DNA of 64,000 bases from Mobula hypostoma (lineage: Eukaryota): the NCBI RefSeq assembly GCF_963921235.1, contig NC_086104.1, positions 40,424,001 to 40,488,000 on the forward strand, in the 5' to 3' direction. The translations under genes were made by a program, and so were the position numbers. How positions within the stretch are numbered: position 1 is the stretch's first letter; the number at the start of each line of letters is the position of its first letter. Positions 38,614 through 50,800 of the stretch are shown in pieces. The notes beneath the pieces were generated by a model. That model saw only the letters and a list, made by a program, of their open reading frames with translations. It was not told the DNA's origin and ran no database searches.

Positions 38614-39657
38614 ATGGCGCTGGTGGGGGAGAGTGAGAAGCCGGAGCAGTTAGCGGAAGAAATCCCCGAGTATGACCGGCGGAAGGAGAGGATGGTGGAG
38701 ACCCTGCAGCGACGGGACCAGGAGCGGCAGCAGGGCGTGGAGCGGAGGAAGCTGGCCAAAGACGTGATGGCGGTGAAGGAGGAGAAGTCCAACTTCTTCA
38801 GCGCGGCCTTCTCGGAGGAGAGGTCGTCAATAGAGGCGCTGCTGGCGGGCTGCGAGGGCGCCGACAGCGCGGCACTCGCCCACAGCTTCGAGGAAATCGC
38901 CCAGAAGATACAGCGGCTGCAGAAGTTCGTCAACGACAGCATGATGTTCCTGTCGGCCTACGAGCTGCGCCAGGCCCAGACCGCCTTGCAGAAGTTGCAG
39001 GCGGCGGTGGTGGAGAAGCGGGAGGAGTGCCTGCCCAAGAAGAAGTTCGCATTCAAATCGCGCAAAAAAGAAAACGTCGGCCCCAGGGAGGCCAAACCCT
39101 CCTCCCCTTGTGACGGGAGCACCAGCCAGCCCAGGTTGATCGAGCAAAACCTCTGCGGCTACTCGGACGCTGACTCGCAGGTACTGGTCCGCTTGGCAGA
39201 GGAGATCAGCGGCAAGGACGTGCTTTTAACCAGGCTGTCCAACTGCGTAGTTAAGCTCCTCGGCTCGCCCAACACCCTGCACATCAAGAATGTCACCAAT
39301 TCCAAGGTGTTGTGCGGACCTGTCTCGACCTCTGTGTTTATTGACCAATCTGCCGGCTGTACATTCGCTTTCGCATGCCAGCAACTGCGAACCCACAACA
39401 CTAAGGATGCAAAGGTGTATCTGCATGTAACCAGCAGAGCCATCGTAGAAGATTGCACTGGAGTTTCTTTTGCACCGTTTAACTGGACGTATGAAGGCAT
39501 CGACAGAGATTTTGAACAGGCAGGGTTAGACAGAACAAAGAACAATTGGAACGCTATTGACGATTTCAACTGGCTTGCGTCTGATCATTCTCCTAACTGG
39601 AGTATTTTGCCGGAGGAATCTCGAATAACTGATTGGGATGAAATCTTAGCTCCTTGA
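38614..39657 (+). CDS. TBCC: Tubulin-specific chaperone C (tubulin folding cofactor C), intronless, 347 aa
   Basis: N-terminal helical domain LQKFVNDSMMFLSAYELRQAQ; PKKKFAFKSR; C-CAP domain CGPVSTSVF, ACQQLRTH (GAP arginine), LHVTSRAIVEDC, FAPFNW, DDFNWLA..SPNW. ATG at 38614 in caaATGg gives a size close to vertebrate orthologues. Confidence 0.97.
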   Translation: MALVGESEKPEQLAEEIPEYDRRKERMVETLQRRDQERQQGVERRKLAKDVMAVKEEKSNFFSAAFSEERSSIEALLAGCEGADSAALAHSFEEIAQKIQRLQKFVNDSMMFLSAYELRQAQTALQKLQAAVVEKREECLPKKKFAFKSRKKENVGPREAKPSSPCDGSTSQPRLIEQNLCGYSDADSQVLVRLAEEISGKDVLLTRLSNCVVKLLGSPNTLHIKNVTNSKVLCGPVSTSVFIDQSAGCTFAFACQQLRTHNTKDAKVYLHVTSRAIVEDCTGVSFAPFNWTYEGIDRDFEQAGLDRTKNNWNAIDDFNWLASDHSPNWSILPEESRITDWDEILAP

Positions 39658-39733
39658 TTGTGCCTATTATGCCCAAAGTTGGTGTTCATTGACCAATCGC
39701 AGGAATTGATACTTGATTTCTGCCGTGTACTTG

Positions 39734-39739
39734 AATAAA
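39734..39739 (+). terminator. TBCC: Candidate TBCC polyadenylation signal
   Basis: AATAAA about 77 nt after the stop; another at ~39999. Confidence 0.45.
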
Positions 39740-40344
39740 TGCAAAATAAGCCTTGTGACGGAAAATCCGCTATTTAATTTTTTTGGCCAATTTTATTTAA
39801 AAAATATTGTGGGTTAAATGTGATCTTGAATAGTTGGCATGCTATTTTCTGTATGTGAGAATGTTTCATCCACTGTACCTTTGTCAGTGTTTTGTTCTCA
39901 GTGTTTGCACTTCAATTTGAAAATGTTTTATTGTTGAAGTAGATTTCAATTGAAACAAAGTTAAAACACATTTCAGAATGCATAAGATTAACGGATAAAA
40001 TAAAAAAAGAACAATCTTGAACTGGCTTGGTTTGTTTTTAAATAACAACTAATAAAATCCATAGGCTTGAAATTGAACTTCCATTGGCCTTTAATTGTAA
40101 ACAGTGTACTACTAATTTTGTGCTTTAACATTGGGAAAACATCCAAAATAATGGTGGTCTACTGCCCTATTAAACTGGGGAATGTTAACAGCATTTGAAA
40201 TGTATTTTTAAAGTAGTAGTTATCTTTAGCTATGATGGCAGTAATGGTGTGGTAGCTGACAGGCCATGCTCAGTTCAAATTCCCTGCTTTCCAGATAGAA
40301 TTCGTAATGGAATTACAGTTGTCTTAAGTCAATTTATTGTTTGT

Positions 40345-40830
40345 TTCATTTTCAAGTTTATTGTCACTTAGCCATATACAACCAAATGAAACTGTGTTCC
40401 TCCAGACCAAGGTGCACAACACTGTAAATATAACTCAAACACAAGCAATATTGTCACAAATTAGCAAATAACAAGGTGCGTTTATGACGCAAGTTTAAAA
40501 AGTTAACAGTACTGGCACTTCATATGTGATGAGACCTGGGTGCTGACAGGGAGTTCAGTAGTCTCACAGCCTGGGGGAAGAAGCTGTTTCCCAACTTAAC
40601 AGTCCTTGTTCTAATGCTGCAGTACCTCCTGCCAGATGGATCATTGACAATGCTAAGGGCCCTGCATACGGAGCACTCCTCATAACTAACACTATTTGGT
40701 GAAAGAGAGACTGTGATATTCCCCTCAGCAGTTCTCTCAATCCTTTGTAGGGACTTGTGGTCAGATGCCTTGCAATTCCCATACCGGACGGTGATACACT
40801 GGTCAGCACACTTAAAGTGCTCTATTGAAC
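40345..40830 (-). mobile_element. Rex1/Babar-like LINE 3' fragment
   Basis: YGNCKASDHKSLQRIERTAE...PSGRRYCSIRTRTVKLGNSFFPQAVRLLN. Confidence 0.85.
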
Positions 40831-43649
40831 AAAGTAAAGTGTGGTCTATATTGAACCTATCTAGCCAGGTTGTAAGCCACAGTAAGTGCAAGTTGGAGGA
40901 GAGGAACATTAAACTTAGCCCAAGAAGATTTCTACACTGTCAATGGTATAAATACATAATATAAACCTGAAGCACCAATGTCAAAATAATTTTGCATCAA
41001 AATTAATTAGTGGTAATTTTAATTGTACAAAATATTACCTTCAATCTTTTATCTGTCTTGGTCTCGTATGCTGACAGGAACATAAATATGCATACAATGC
41101 ATTTCTTTAAATCAGTCACAGTGGAGGTGTGGATAGGTAACTTTCTTTAGTGATTTGGGATCAAAACAGGAAAGATGTCCCATCTGGGCAACAGCATCTT
41201 TTTTTCCGTTAAAAGTATTTCAGATACTGGTTGGAAGAATTACTTGTTATGAATATGAGTGTAAGGAATGCCTCTTTACTGTCTGTTAAACTCATGCAAC
41301 TTTGTTGTCTTGATATAGATTTATTCCGAGCTCACAGTCCACAATGCAATGATTGGAGGAGTTGATATGAGTAAATGTAAGTGCTGTAAGTATTTTGGTT
41401 TTATATTTCATATAGAAGCTGCTAGATTTTGTATAAACCTTGTAGAGTAAATAAGAACAGGTGAAAGAATTTCTCATGTCATTTGAGCTGGCCTTGAACA
41501 AGAATGTTCTTGTCAACACGGTGTTACATGGAGTAAGCCTTGTTTAATAAAAATGCAACATGTACTGTCTGTTTTGAAAATAGCCATTTGCTATGATGGT
41601 TAATGAAATAATAAAACATTATTTCATTCATTTGAAGACCTTGACAGTTCATTTACTTGTCCTCCAGAATAATTTTTAATAGTTGACAATCAAATAAAGG
41701 TACTGTAGCCATAAAGAAAACAATACACTTCCCACTGAATCACATCAAGAATTTCACCACAAACAATGGTACTTATTTACAAAGTGACATAATGTTCAAT
41801 CAAATTTGGAACATATTGTTCAGAACTTCAATGATAATTCACAAGTTGACAAAGTTGGTCTGCCAGACTGAGAAGAAGTTGATTTATTCAATGTGTATAT
41901 TACAGGCAAGAGCAGCACTTAACACCTATCCATAATTACTCTTAACAAGTTGATCTGAACTGCCTTCTGGAACCGGGTTGTATCTTCACTGTGCTGTCTC
42001 TGTGAGGTGAAGTTGTTCCCACATGTTGTTAAATGTGGGTTCCATAAATTTTACTCATTAATGAGTTTTGAGGTTATTTCAAGGTGGCTTATTAATATGA
42101 AGGGGCTCCAGCTGAATATGGGCCCTACTGTGGAGTAGTTTTATGTGATTGTAAATCTTCCGAAGGTTAATTTCAACATCTCAGTGCTAATAGTTCGAGA
42201 GTATTATGCAGAAGGGGTGCACGTTTTTAGCACAAATAACCTGTGTAATTCCTTGTGGTCTGGATTCACAGAGCAGCTGCAACAACACAGGGTTACGTTC
42301 TACCTCAGTAGCCCACAACAGTCCCACAAAAATAATTCAGCCAGTTCTAATTTCCAGGTATCTCCCTGCAGATTCTTTCAGTCTGAGCTAGAGCATGTTA
42401 AAACAAATTTCTGGAGAAATTAAAATCAGGCAGCATCTACAGAGGCAAAAGGATTATCAACATTTTGAGTTGAAACCCTACATTTGAATCACCACCTTTG
42501 AAAGAAAACAAGTTGGAAATAATTTCAGATGAAGTCTCTGAGAATTTAGAATCTGCCCAATGTACAATTTCTGTAAATAAAACATGCAATTAAATACATT
42601 TTAAATCACATTAGACAGAGTTCAAGCACTTTTTCCTCCCTCTATAAATACTCCTCAAATCTATAAAATCATCACACTGTCATCATTCCTTCCATCCCAA
42701 TTACAGCTAGGATGATTTCTGATCTCTTGATTGCCAGCGCCTTTCCTTCCCACCCAAATCTTTCCTGTGTCAACCTGTGGAACAAGCTTCATCTCAAGTT
42801 ACTTGCATTTGCAAGTTTTAAGCTATCCAATCTTTCCTCTCCAAATACTGCGCCTCAAACTTTGCTAATACAGTTCTCACTCAGAGCTGCTGTTTCATGA
42901 CAGCAATTGACGCAATCAGAAATTAATACAATAACATTTTAATGGGAAGTGAATGCAGAGTGTTAAAAAATATATATTTGTAGGCGAGTCGGGTTGCGAA
43001 CTCTCCTTAGCCAACAGCCTGTAAAATAAATAAAAGCTCCAGACACAGCAATGAAACCAACTGTTACCTCCCTGTCCTGCAAGTACCAGCGTTTGCGATC
43101 CACCGGGAAGCTGAAGAGAGTGGAAGAGGACAGGAAACGGGGAAGGGTAGCATGAAATCTGAAGATGTATTCAGGAGGTGCAATAATTAACCGTAGCTGT
43201 TTTTTTAATCGACTAACAGTCCGATCTGTTTCCAGTACCGGCCTCATCTCTATACGTTTACATCCAAGGGGCTGAGACTTGAACATCATCTGGTTTAACC
43301 ACTGACTGGCATTTGTTTAGTGAATCTTCCTCTCCTCCTACCGAATCTACTCACCGTCCAAAATCAATACCTGGCTCCTCTTTCTGATGTGTAACATATC
43401 TTTATGGTTTTACTCTCACATCTGTTCTGTTCTCGAGTGTTCTCCAGTGGTCTATCCATTCCTATATATGGCCCGTGGGAAGTTTTATTTGCAAGCAACA
43501 TCAATGTCCTCAAGTACACTGACAATATCCGGTGCACCTTTCTCTTTTCCTCTCCGCTCTCTAGTATAGTTCTTCCAAGTAACCATTAAGCTGGCTAAAA
43601 TGGTTTCAAATATCCCCACAGACTATGTTCTGTGGACTGCTGATGACCC

Positions 43650-44210
43650 ATTTCATATCTTAACGTGCACTGAACAGTACATAACCTTAGGATCACCCTC
43701 GACCACAACTTGAGCTTTGGACCATTTATAAAAATAAGATAGGGTCACAACTGCTTATCTCCACCCCCCCCCCGTGACATTGTTAATTTATTTTCCATTT
43801 CGTCCCTCCTAGTTCTGAAATCCTAATCTGTGCTTGTTTTCACCCCTAGATGTGATTATTCTAACACATTTTCTGATGACTTCGTCCACTCAAGATCAGC
43901 CCAAAATCCAGTGCTCTTGTCCCAGTTCACTACCCATTTCCGTATGGTTGTTTTCCTACGTTGATGTCCCACTTAGCAATTTCTTTAAAATGTGTGCCTT
44001 AATATTCAAATCTTTCCATGCTCCTGCCCTTCCCTTTCCGTGGCATATTTTCCAGACCTGAAGCCTTCTGCATCAGTATTTTTGTATTTACGAGCACCAG
44101 CAAAATTTGTAATCCCACTATTGACATCATTTCTAGTTGCCAAGGTCCCAAACACCAGAATTTACACCAGTTCTTCATTTAAAATGCCCACCTCCATGGC
44201 CAAACCTTTG
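43650..44210 (+). mobile_element. Ancient L2-like LINE fragment
   Basis: Remnants NLRITLDHNLSF, xPRCDYSN and LIFKSFHAPA correspond to L2 NLGV.LD..LSF / SRLDYCN / FKSLHGLAP. Confidence 0.55.
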
Positions 44211-44399
44211 GCATTGTCCTACTCTCTGCGTGACTCGGTTTTGCAGTATATTGTATTTCCTTACGCAGCTCCTTTTATCCCAATGCTCGTTCCAGGCTTT
44301 GACCTACATTGAAGCTTACTTAGTTTATTAAATCGAACCTGCTTTGTGTTCGTTCTATTTTACCAGTAAACATGCTGCAGAAAACACGGCACAACACGG

Positions 44400-44660
44400 C
44401 GGTGATTAGATACAGATTTAGCAAAGAGATAACGGCAAACAAATCAAATACAGCCATCGCCTCCTTGAGTGAAGTTTTACTGAATACTCTTACTCGACTT
44501 TTTAAATGCACGGAAACTTTCCGAGGTAAGGTGCAATCGCTGACAACTTGAGGGCAAAGTAATTACTCCCTAAAAGGGCGGATTACTCTCATAGCTGATC
44601 TGGGGCAAGGCTTTCTCTAAATGATTAGTGATAATACCTATTACTGGCATTAAGGTGACG
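44400..44660 (+). promoter_or_regulatory. PRPH2: Candidate PRPH2 photoreceptor promoter with CRX/OTX2-type sites
   Basis: GGATTA at 44580-44585, TGATTAG at 44403 and 44622, NRL/Maf-like half-site gctgac at 44539; all 350-580 bp upstream of the ATG. Confidence 0.5.
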
Positions 44661-44978
44661 TCTTGCAGCTTCAGATTTTCTCAGATAGATTCTGGAAGAA
44701 CCACCTCCCTTGCTGGGGGAAGCTCTGGCAACGTTAGCTGCAGTCGCGGACAATTACTTTTTTTCAAAAAAAATCTGGCTTGGTAAATTGGAAAACCCTT
44801 CGACTTCAGAGTGTCCTGGAATCAGCTGCAGCTTTGCTTTTCGGCTGGTCGGGATGGAGGGACCTACAGCAGAGTCAATTTCAGTCGCACTGTTTCCCGC
44901 TCTTTCTGTACCAGTGCGCAAATCTTTCTAATTCGTTGAAAGCTCAACCTTAACATTGGAACTCAGCGGAAAAGAAAA

Positions 44979-45559
44979 ATGGCCATTCTGAAAATCAAGT
45001 TCAACGTGCAGAAAAGGGTGAAATTGGCCCAGGGTCTGTGGCTGCTGAACTGGTTCTGTGTCATAGTCGGAATCGTCATCTTTGGAATGGGCTTGTTCCT
45101 CAAGATCGAGCTCAGGAAACGGAGCGAGCTAATGGACAACGAGGAGAGCCATTTGGTGCCCAACTCCCTGATACTGGTGGGTCTTACGGCCTGCGCCATC
45201 AACTGCTTTGGGGGCAAGTTTTGCTACGACTCACTCGATCCGGCTAAATACGCCCGATGGAAATCGGTGCTCAAGTTCTACCTGGCGTTCTTTTTGTTTT
45301 TCGCTTTTTTGACCTTCATCACCGTGTTGTTGTGCTTCCTGATGAGGATTTACCTGGAAGACACTCTAGCCAAAGGGCTAAAGAACGGCATGAAATTCTA
45401 CAGGGATACCGACACCCCGGGCAGGTGCTTCATGAAGAAAACCATCGACCAGCTGCAGATAGATTTCCGCTGCTGCGGAAGCAACGGCTTCCGTGACTGG
45501 TTTGAAATCCAGTGGATCAGCAACAGATACCTGGACTTCAGCTCCAAGGAGGTGAAAGA
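44979..45559 (+). CDS. PRPH2: Peripherin-2 (RDS) exon 1, 581 nt coding
   Basis: [25 protein letters not shown]...[53 protein letters not shown]; donor GA|gtaagt; same exon length as human PRPH2. Confidence 0.98.
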
Positions 45560-45740
45560 GTAAGTAAAAGTAGCGCATACATAGGAAATTGGGACGAGAG
45601 CATTTGAACCTTGCACAGTAGCTATGTTAGATCTAACTCCAAACCCTGGCCCGTGGTTCATCACTTATGAGGCATGCCTCACCGCGTAATTTGAGCTTTC
45701 AGCCCCAAAATCCTCAATTACGTGTCTTCTCTTCCTGCAG

Positions 45741-45987
45741 CCGTATAAAGAGCAACGTTGAAGGGAAGTATCTGGTGGACGGGGTCCCATTCAGTTGCTG
45801 CAATCCGGCTTCCCCTCGACCCTGTATCCAGCAGCAGATCACCAATAATTCAGCCCATTACAGCTACGAATTCCGGTCAGAAGAGCTGAACTTGTGGACA
45901 CGAGGATGCAAGCAAGCACTGCTCAATTACTATGCCAATATGATGCACTCAATTGGAGCTCTCGTCTTATTTGGTTGGGTACTGGAG
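45741..45987 (+). CDS. PRPH2: Peripherin-2 exon 2, 247 nt
   Basis: cttcctgcag|C CGT ATA AAG...; [42 protein letters not shown]...LE|gtaaga; tetraspanin PxSCC motif and N-glycosylation sequon. Confidence 0.98.
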
Positions 45988-47445
45988 GTAAGAGGGCTAT
46001 GGAAGTTTACTTATTGTAAATCTGGAAGAAAATTCTTTATCAAAGGAACTTTTCATTAAGCTTGGTTGCTACAGTGGCTATCTGTTTTACACCAAAGTGA
46101 GTTTCCACCAAGGGGGCAAACATGTTAGAATTTAGAGTATACTTGTTACGCTCTTTTGATTGTAAATATTGGTATCTTCAGGAAATCAATTGACTTTGGG
46201 TCTGTGTAAGATATAATACACAAGGACACTGACTGCATGAATACAGTACTTAAATATTTATCGCAGCACTACAATCTTCTGCCGGTCAGATCTTGTGTAT
46301 ACCCTAGAGATTCGTCGTGAATGAAAATATTTTACGCTCTGTATTTTCACTCTCCACATAAACGACGACCTTAACCACCCCTTCGTGAAGTTTAATAATC
46401 ACTTCCTCGGCAAAATGTCTGAAAGAGACAGGGAAAACATATTTGCTGAAAGGTCGAGTCGGACAACTTGGGGTGGGGAGGGGGGAAGAGAAAGAACTAC
46501 AGAGTTGATATTTCAGGCTAATAACCTCTCACTAGTAAATTGAGTTTTACTTTAGACTAGGTAGTGATTTTGCAACATATAGTACATTTCTACTGTCACA
46601 CCGGAGAAAGAAATTTGCTTTCCTAAATAAATATTCCATCTTAAAGCCTGATCAATTTTAAACCATAAAGTAATACAAACGTTTAATGAATTAACACATC
46701 GTCATTAATCCAAAACACTTAATTCAGATTTTCTCTCCACCTGTTTTCTAGCTTGCTGGGTACTTCCAGCATTTTCAATTTTTATGAAGTTTTACAGGTT
46801 AATTTAAATGAATAGGACAGACAGAATCTCTTTAGTAATAACCAAAGGATAACAGAGCGCTGCAGATTTGAAGAGAGATCACTTGGGTCTCGTACCTGTG
46901 ATGATGGCTGTTGTTGTGACAATGAAGTTACCAGAGAAAATTACTGGTAGATACAAAACACTTTCTTTATGCGACAAAACAAAGCACAGCAGGCATCATA
47001 TGGAGATGCTTTCGGTGGAAAGGTCTGCTGGCCCAACATTTTATCAAAGGACATCTCCATATTAACCATGTATGGATAATGCTTTCTTTGAAACCACATA
47101 CAACCTTCACACCTCCTGATTCACATCCACACAACAGACATCCAAATGAATTTTAATCAGCATTGTCTGGACTGGGATTCACAGCTATTAGGAGCCCAAA
47201 TTAAATGCAATAACTATGAAATTATTGTTGGACTCCTTTTCATCAATTTCTGACCTAATTTTGGCCTCTCATGTAGCTTTAGATTCTATGGAAAAAATGC
47301 ATTCCAAGTATTAATTTGATAAATCTGCAACATCACCAATTAAAGTCTTATAGACATCTATCTCTAATGAAATTATTGATCTTCTCGTTTAATGATGGGT
47401 TGGAGCACTTGCTAAATTGTCCATAATCATGAGTGTTTCAGTAAA

Positions 47446-48243
47446 TCCACTTTGGTGGCAAAAATAGGAAAACAGATTATTATCTGAATGGTGGCCGATT
47501 AGGAAAAGGGGAGGTGCAACGAGACCTGGGTGTCATTATACACCAGTCATTGAAAGTGGGCATGCAGGTACAGCAGGCGGTGAAAAAGGCGAACGGTATG
47601 CTGGCATTTATAGCGAGAGGATTCGAGTACAGGAGCAGGGAGGTACTACTGCAGTTGTACAAGGCCTTGGTGAGACCACACTTGGAGTATTGTGTGCAGT
47701 TTTGGTCCCCTAATCTGAGGAAAGACATCCTTGCCATAGAGGGAGTACAAAGAAGGTTCACCAGATTGATTCCTGGGATGGCAGGTCTTTCATATGAAGA
47801 AAGACTGGATGAACTGGGCTTGTACTCGTTGGAATTTAGAAGATTGAGGGGGGATCTGATTGAAACGTATAAGATCCTAAAGGGATTGGACAGGCTAGAT
47901 GCGGGAAGATTGTTCCCGATGTTGGGGAGGTCTAGAACGAGGGGTCACAGTTTGAGGATAGAGGGGAAGCCTTTTAGGACCGAGGTTAGGAAAAACTTCT
48001 TCACACAGAGAGTGGTGAATCTGTGGAATTCTCTGCCACAGCAAACTGTTGAGGCCAGTTCATTAGCTATGTTTAAAAGGAAGTTAGATATGGCCCTTGT
48101 GGCTACAGGGGTCACGGGGTATGGAGGGAAGGCTGGGTTCTGAGTTGGATGATCAGCCATGATCATAATAAATGGCGGTGCAGGCTCGAAGGGCCGAATG
48201 GCCTACTCCTGCACCTATTTTCTATGTTTCTATGTTTCTATGT
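47446..48243 (+). mobile_element. Young 5'-truncated CR1 LINE in PRPH2 intron 2, near-identical to the 3' part of 33030-34373
   Basis: Translation identical to the first copy over the shared 47514-48143 frame; (ttctatgt)n tail; TSD gtaaa (47441-47445 / 48242-48246). Confidence 0.97.
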
Positions 48244-48735
48244 AAACATGAAACCATTTGCAGTGATAAGTCCCGGGTACCAGATTAGGAAATCGGCAGA
48301 AAACTAGAAACAATGGGAATTTCTTTTTGCAGTAAGTTCTTATCCAGAATGTATTTGTAAATATCACATCCCTAGACCTATACTAGATATCCACAAATAA
48401 GACTGGTTTTAGTGTAATGCAGACTGAGGGCCATGCAGTATCTTTTCACAAGTTCAGATTCACACTTATTTGCAGTAAAACACAAACTAGTCTTTTATGT
48501 AAAATTGTTTTTTTTCCAGCTTTTGTTTCACACCAAAGTGTATTTCCACTTGAGGGGCAAACATGTTAGAAATTAAACCTGTGTACTAACACAGTGGTGA
48601 TGTGTGGTGGAGAGAGTTGTGAAGGTTATGCTCATCTGTCTCCTTAACTATGAAATTCAATTACATGTGTTGTAGAATTTCAGATCTTCCCAAAGTCCCC
48701 AGGCATTCTTTATTTTAGTGACCTCTTATCTGGGC

Positions 48736-48992
48736 GACCCAGCTGGTGGCGTAGTGGCATCAGCATCGGACTTCGGGATGAAAGGTCCCGAGTTCCAGCC
48801 AGCTCCCCTGTACGCTTTCCATCCGTGCTGGGTTACAAACTGGTGATCTCTTTGGAATCTCACCCAGCAGAAGGCAATGGCAAACCACTGCTGTAACTTG
48901 CCTCGTACGCAGTTCCCCACTATGTCAGAGAGGTGCGGAGGGAAATTGTCAGCTAACCGGAGAAAATCCGGGTGCAACGTACCTTTCCTTTC
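48736..48992 (+). mobile_element. tRNA-derived SINE with RTE-type motif and (CCTTT)n tail
   Basis: Head ctggtggcgtagtggcatcagca...ggtcccgagtt shared with 30696-30869; internal gaaggcaatggcaaaccac; TSD cttatctgggc/cttatccaggc. Confidence 0.8.
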
Positions 48993-49367
48993 CTTATCCA
49001 GGCAAAATCTAAAACAATGACTTATTTTTAATTTAATCAAAAATGTTATGAATATATCCCCTACTATTTAAGAACACACAAGTTCACAAGTTGACAGAGG
49101 TATCTTAAAACGGAGATTATTCTACTATACTTAATATGAGCAAGTGGTATGAGGCAGCACTAAAATAAATAGCGATCCACCATTTTTTGGCCTACATTTG
49201 TGGGCTTAGATGGATCACTTAATTTACAGTTGCTTTAAAGATTCAGGCTGTGGTAAAATGTTTGCAGTGCTTTCTGTTCAAGTGTTGCCTCAGAGTAAGA
49301 TTAGATTGATTTCTGTATTAAAGCATATAATCTAGCAATACTTCAATGCAGCATTAAGAAAGCTTCG

Positions 49368-49628
49368 TAGGTACAGAGGAGATGTCAGGGGTAGGTTTTT
49401 TTTTACGCAGAGAGTGGTGAGTGCATGGAATGGGCTGCTGGGGGCAGTGGTGTGAGGCAGAAACGATAGAGTCTTTGAAGAGACTCCTGGATGGGTACAT
49501 GGAGCTTAGAAAAATAGAGGGCAATGGGTAAGCTTAGGTAGTTCTAAGGTAAGGATGTGTTCAGCAGAGCTTTGTGGGCCAAAGGGCCTGTATTGTGCTG
49601 TAGGTTTTCTGTGTTTGTATGTTTCTAA
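49368..49628 (+). mobile_element. CR1 3' end
   Basis: ttttacgcagagagtggtgagtgcatggaa...gggccaaagggcctgtattgtgctgtaggttttct. Confidence 0.8.
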
Positions 49629-50100
49629 TGGTAACTCAAATACTAACTCAGCCACAGATGTCTGCGGGTCCTCTTTTGGAGCTGTTCTGAGCCCCAGCAG
49701 GATCCATGGGAGATGATCATGCCAACACTCATCCATCAGGGAAGCCCTCAGAGCAGCTCAGAGGTCTGATATTAATTGGGGGTTGCGGTCAGAGAAAATA
49801 TCAGATGGGGTGCCAAACTGAGTAACCCAGCTGAGCCATGTCTGTGGCTGTTGTCGATGCTAGAGGGACAACCTTTGGACATCGTGGTGGCACGGTCCAC
49901 TGTGGAAAGGAGATGCGTGAAACTGTGGGAGGGGGGGAAGAGGACCAACCAGATCTACATTGACATGGTCAAACTGTCGCTCAGAGATCTCAAAAAGGCA
50001 CCAATGGCGGCCAAACATGAGAGTTAATTTTCACCTATGGGCACTCAGCAAAGACTGCACTCCAATTACGCACGTCCATTCTCAGGCTATGCCACACAAA
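49629..50100 (-). mobile_element. Gypsy/Ty3 integrase remnant
   Basis: WHDHLPWILLGLRTAPKEDPQTSVAELVF, and reverse FDHVNVDLVGPLPPSHSFTHLLSTVDR at ~49890-49975. Confidence 0.8.
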
Positions 50101-50129
50101 CTCAAAGCTGCATAGCTCAAAGCTGCTAA

Positions 50130-50800
50130 ACAGGCTGAGAGTGTTGTTAAGAAGGCATATGCTGTGTTGGTCTTCATCAGCCGTGGGACTGAGTACAAGG
50201 GCCGTGAGGTAATGTTACAGCTATGTAAGACCTTAGTTCAGAGAAGCACTTGGAGTACTGTGTTCAGTTCTGGTCACCTCATTACAGGAAGGATGTGGAT
50301 GCTATAGAGAGAGTGCTGAGGAGATTTACAAGAATGTTGTCTGGATTGGAGAGCATGCCTTATGAGAATAGGTTGAGTGAATTTCGCTTTCTCTCCTTGG
50401 AGCAATGGAGGATGAGAGATGACCTGATAGAGGTGTCCAAGATTATGAGAGGCATGGATCGTGTGGATAGCTGGAGGGTTTTTCCAAGGGCTGAAATGGC
50501 TAACATGAGGTGGCATAGTTTTAAGGTGCTTGGAAGTAGGTAAAAGGGAAACGTCAGAGGTTAAGTTTTTCCACACAGAGAGTGGTGGATGCGTGGAATG
50601 CACTGCCAGTGAAGGTGGTAGAGGCGGATACAATAGGGTCTTTTAAGAGACTCTTAGATAGGTAAATGGAGTTTAGAAAAATATATGGCTATGCGGTAGG
50701 GAAATTCTAGGCAGCTGCTAGAGTAGGTTACATGGTCAGCACAACATTGTGGGCCCAAGGGCCTGTAATGAGCAACAGAGTTTCTATGTTCTATGTTCTA
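50130..50800 (+). mobile_element. CR1 3' fragment
   Basis: EYCVQFWSPHYRKDVDAIERVLRRFTRML; tail ttctatgttctatgttcta. Confidence 0.9.

Noticed and set aside
45667-46059. 130-aa stand-alone ORF
   Set aside because: It is PRPH2 exon 2 plus in-frame intronic flanks.
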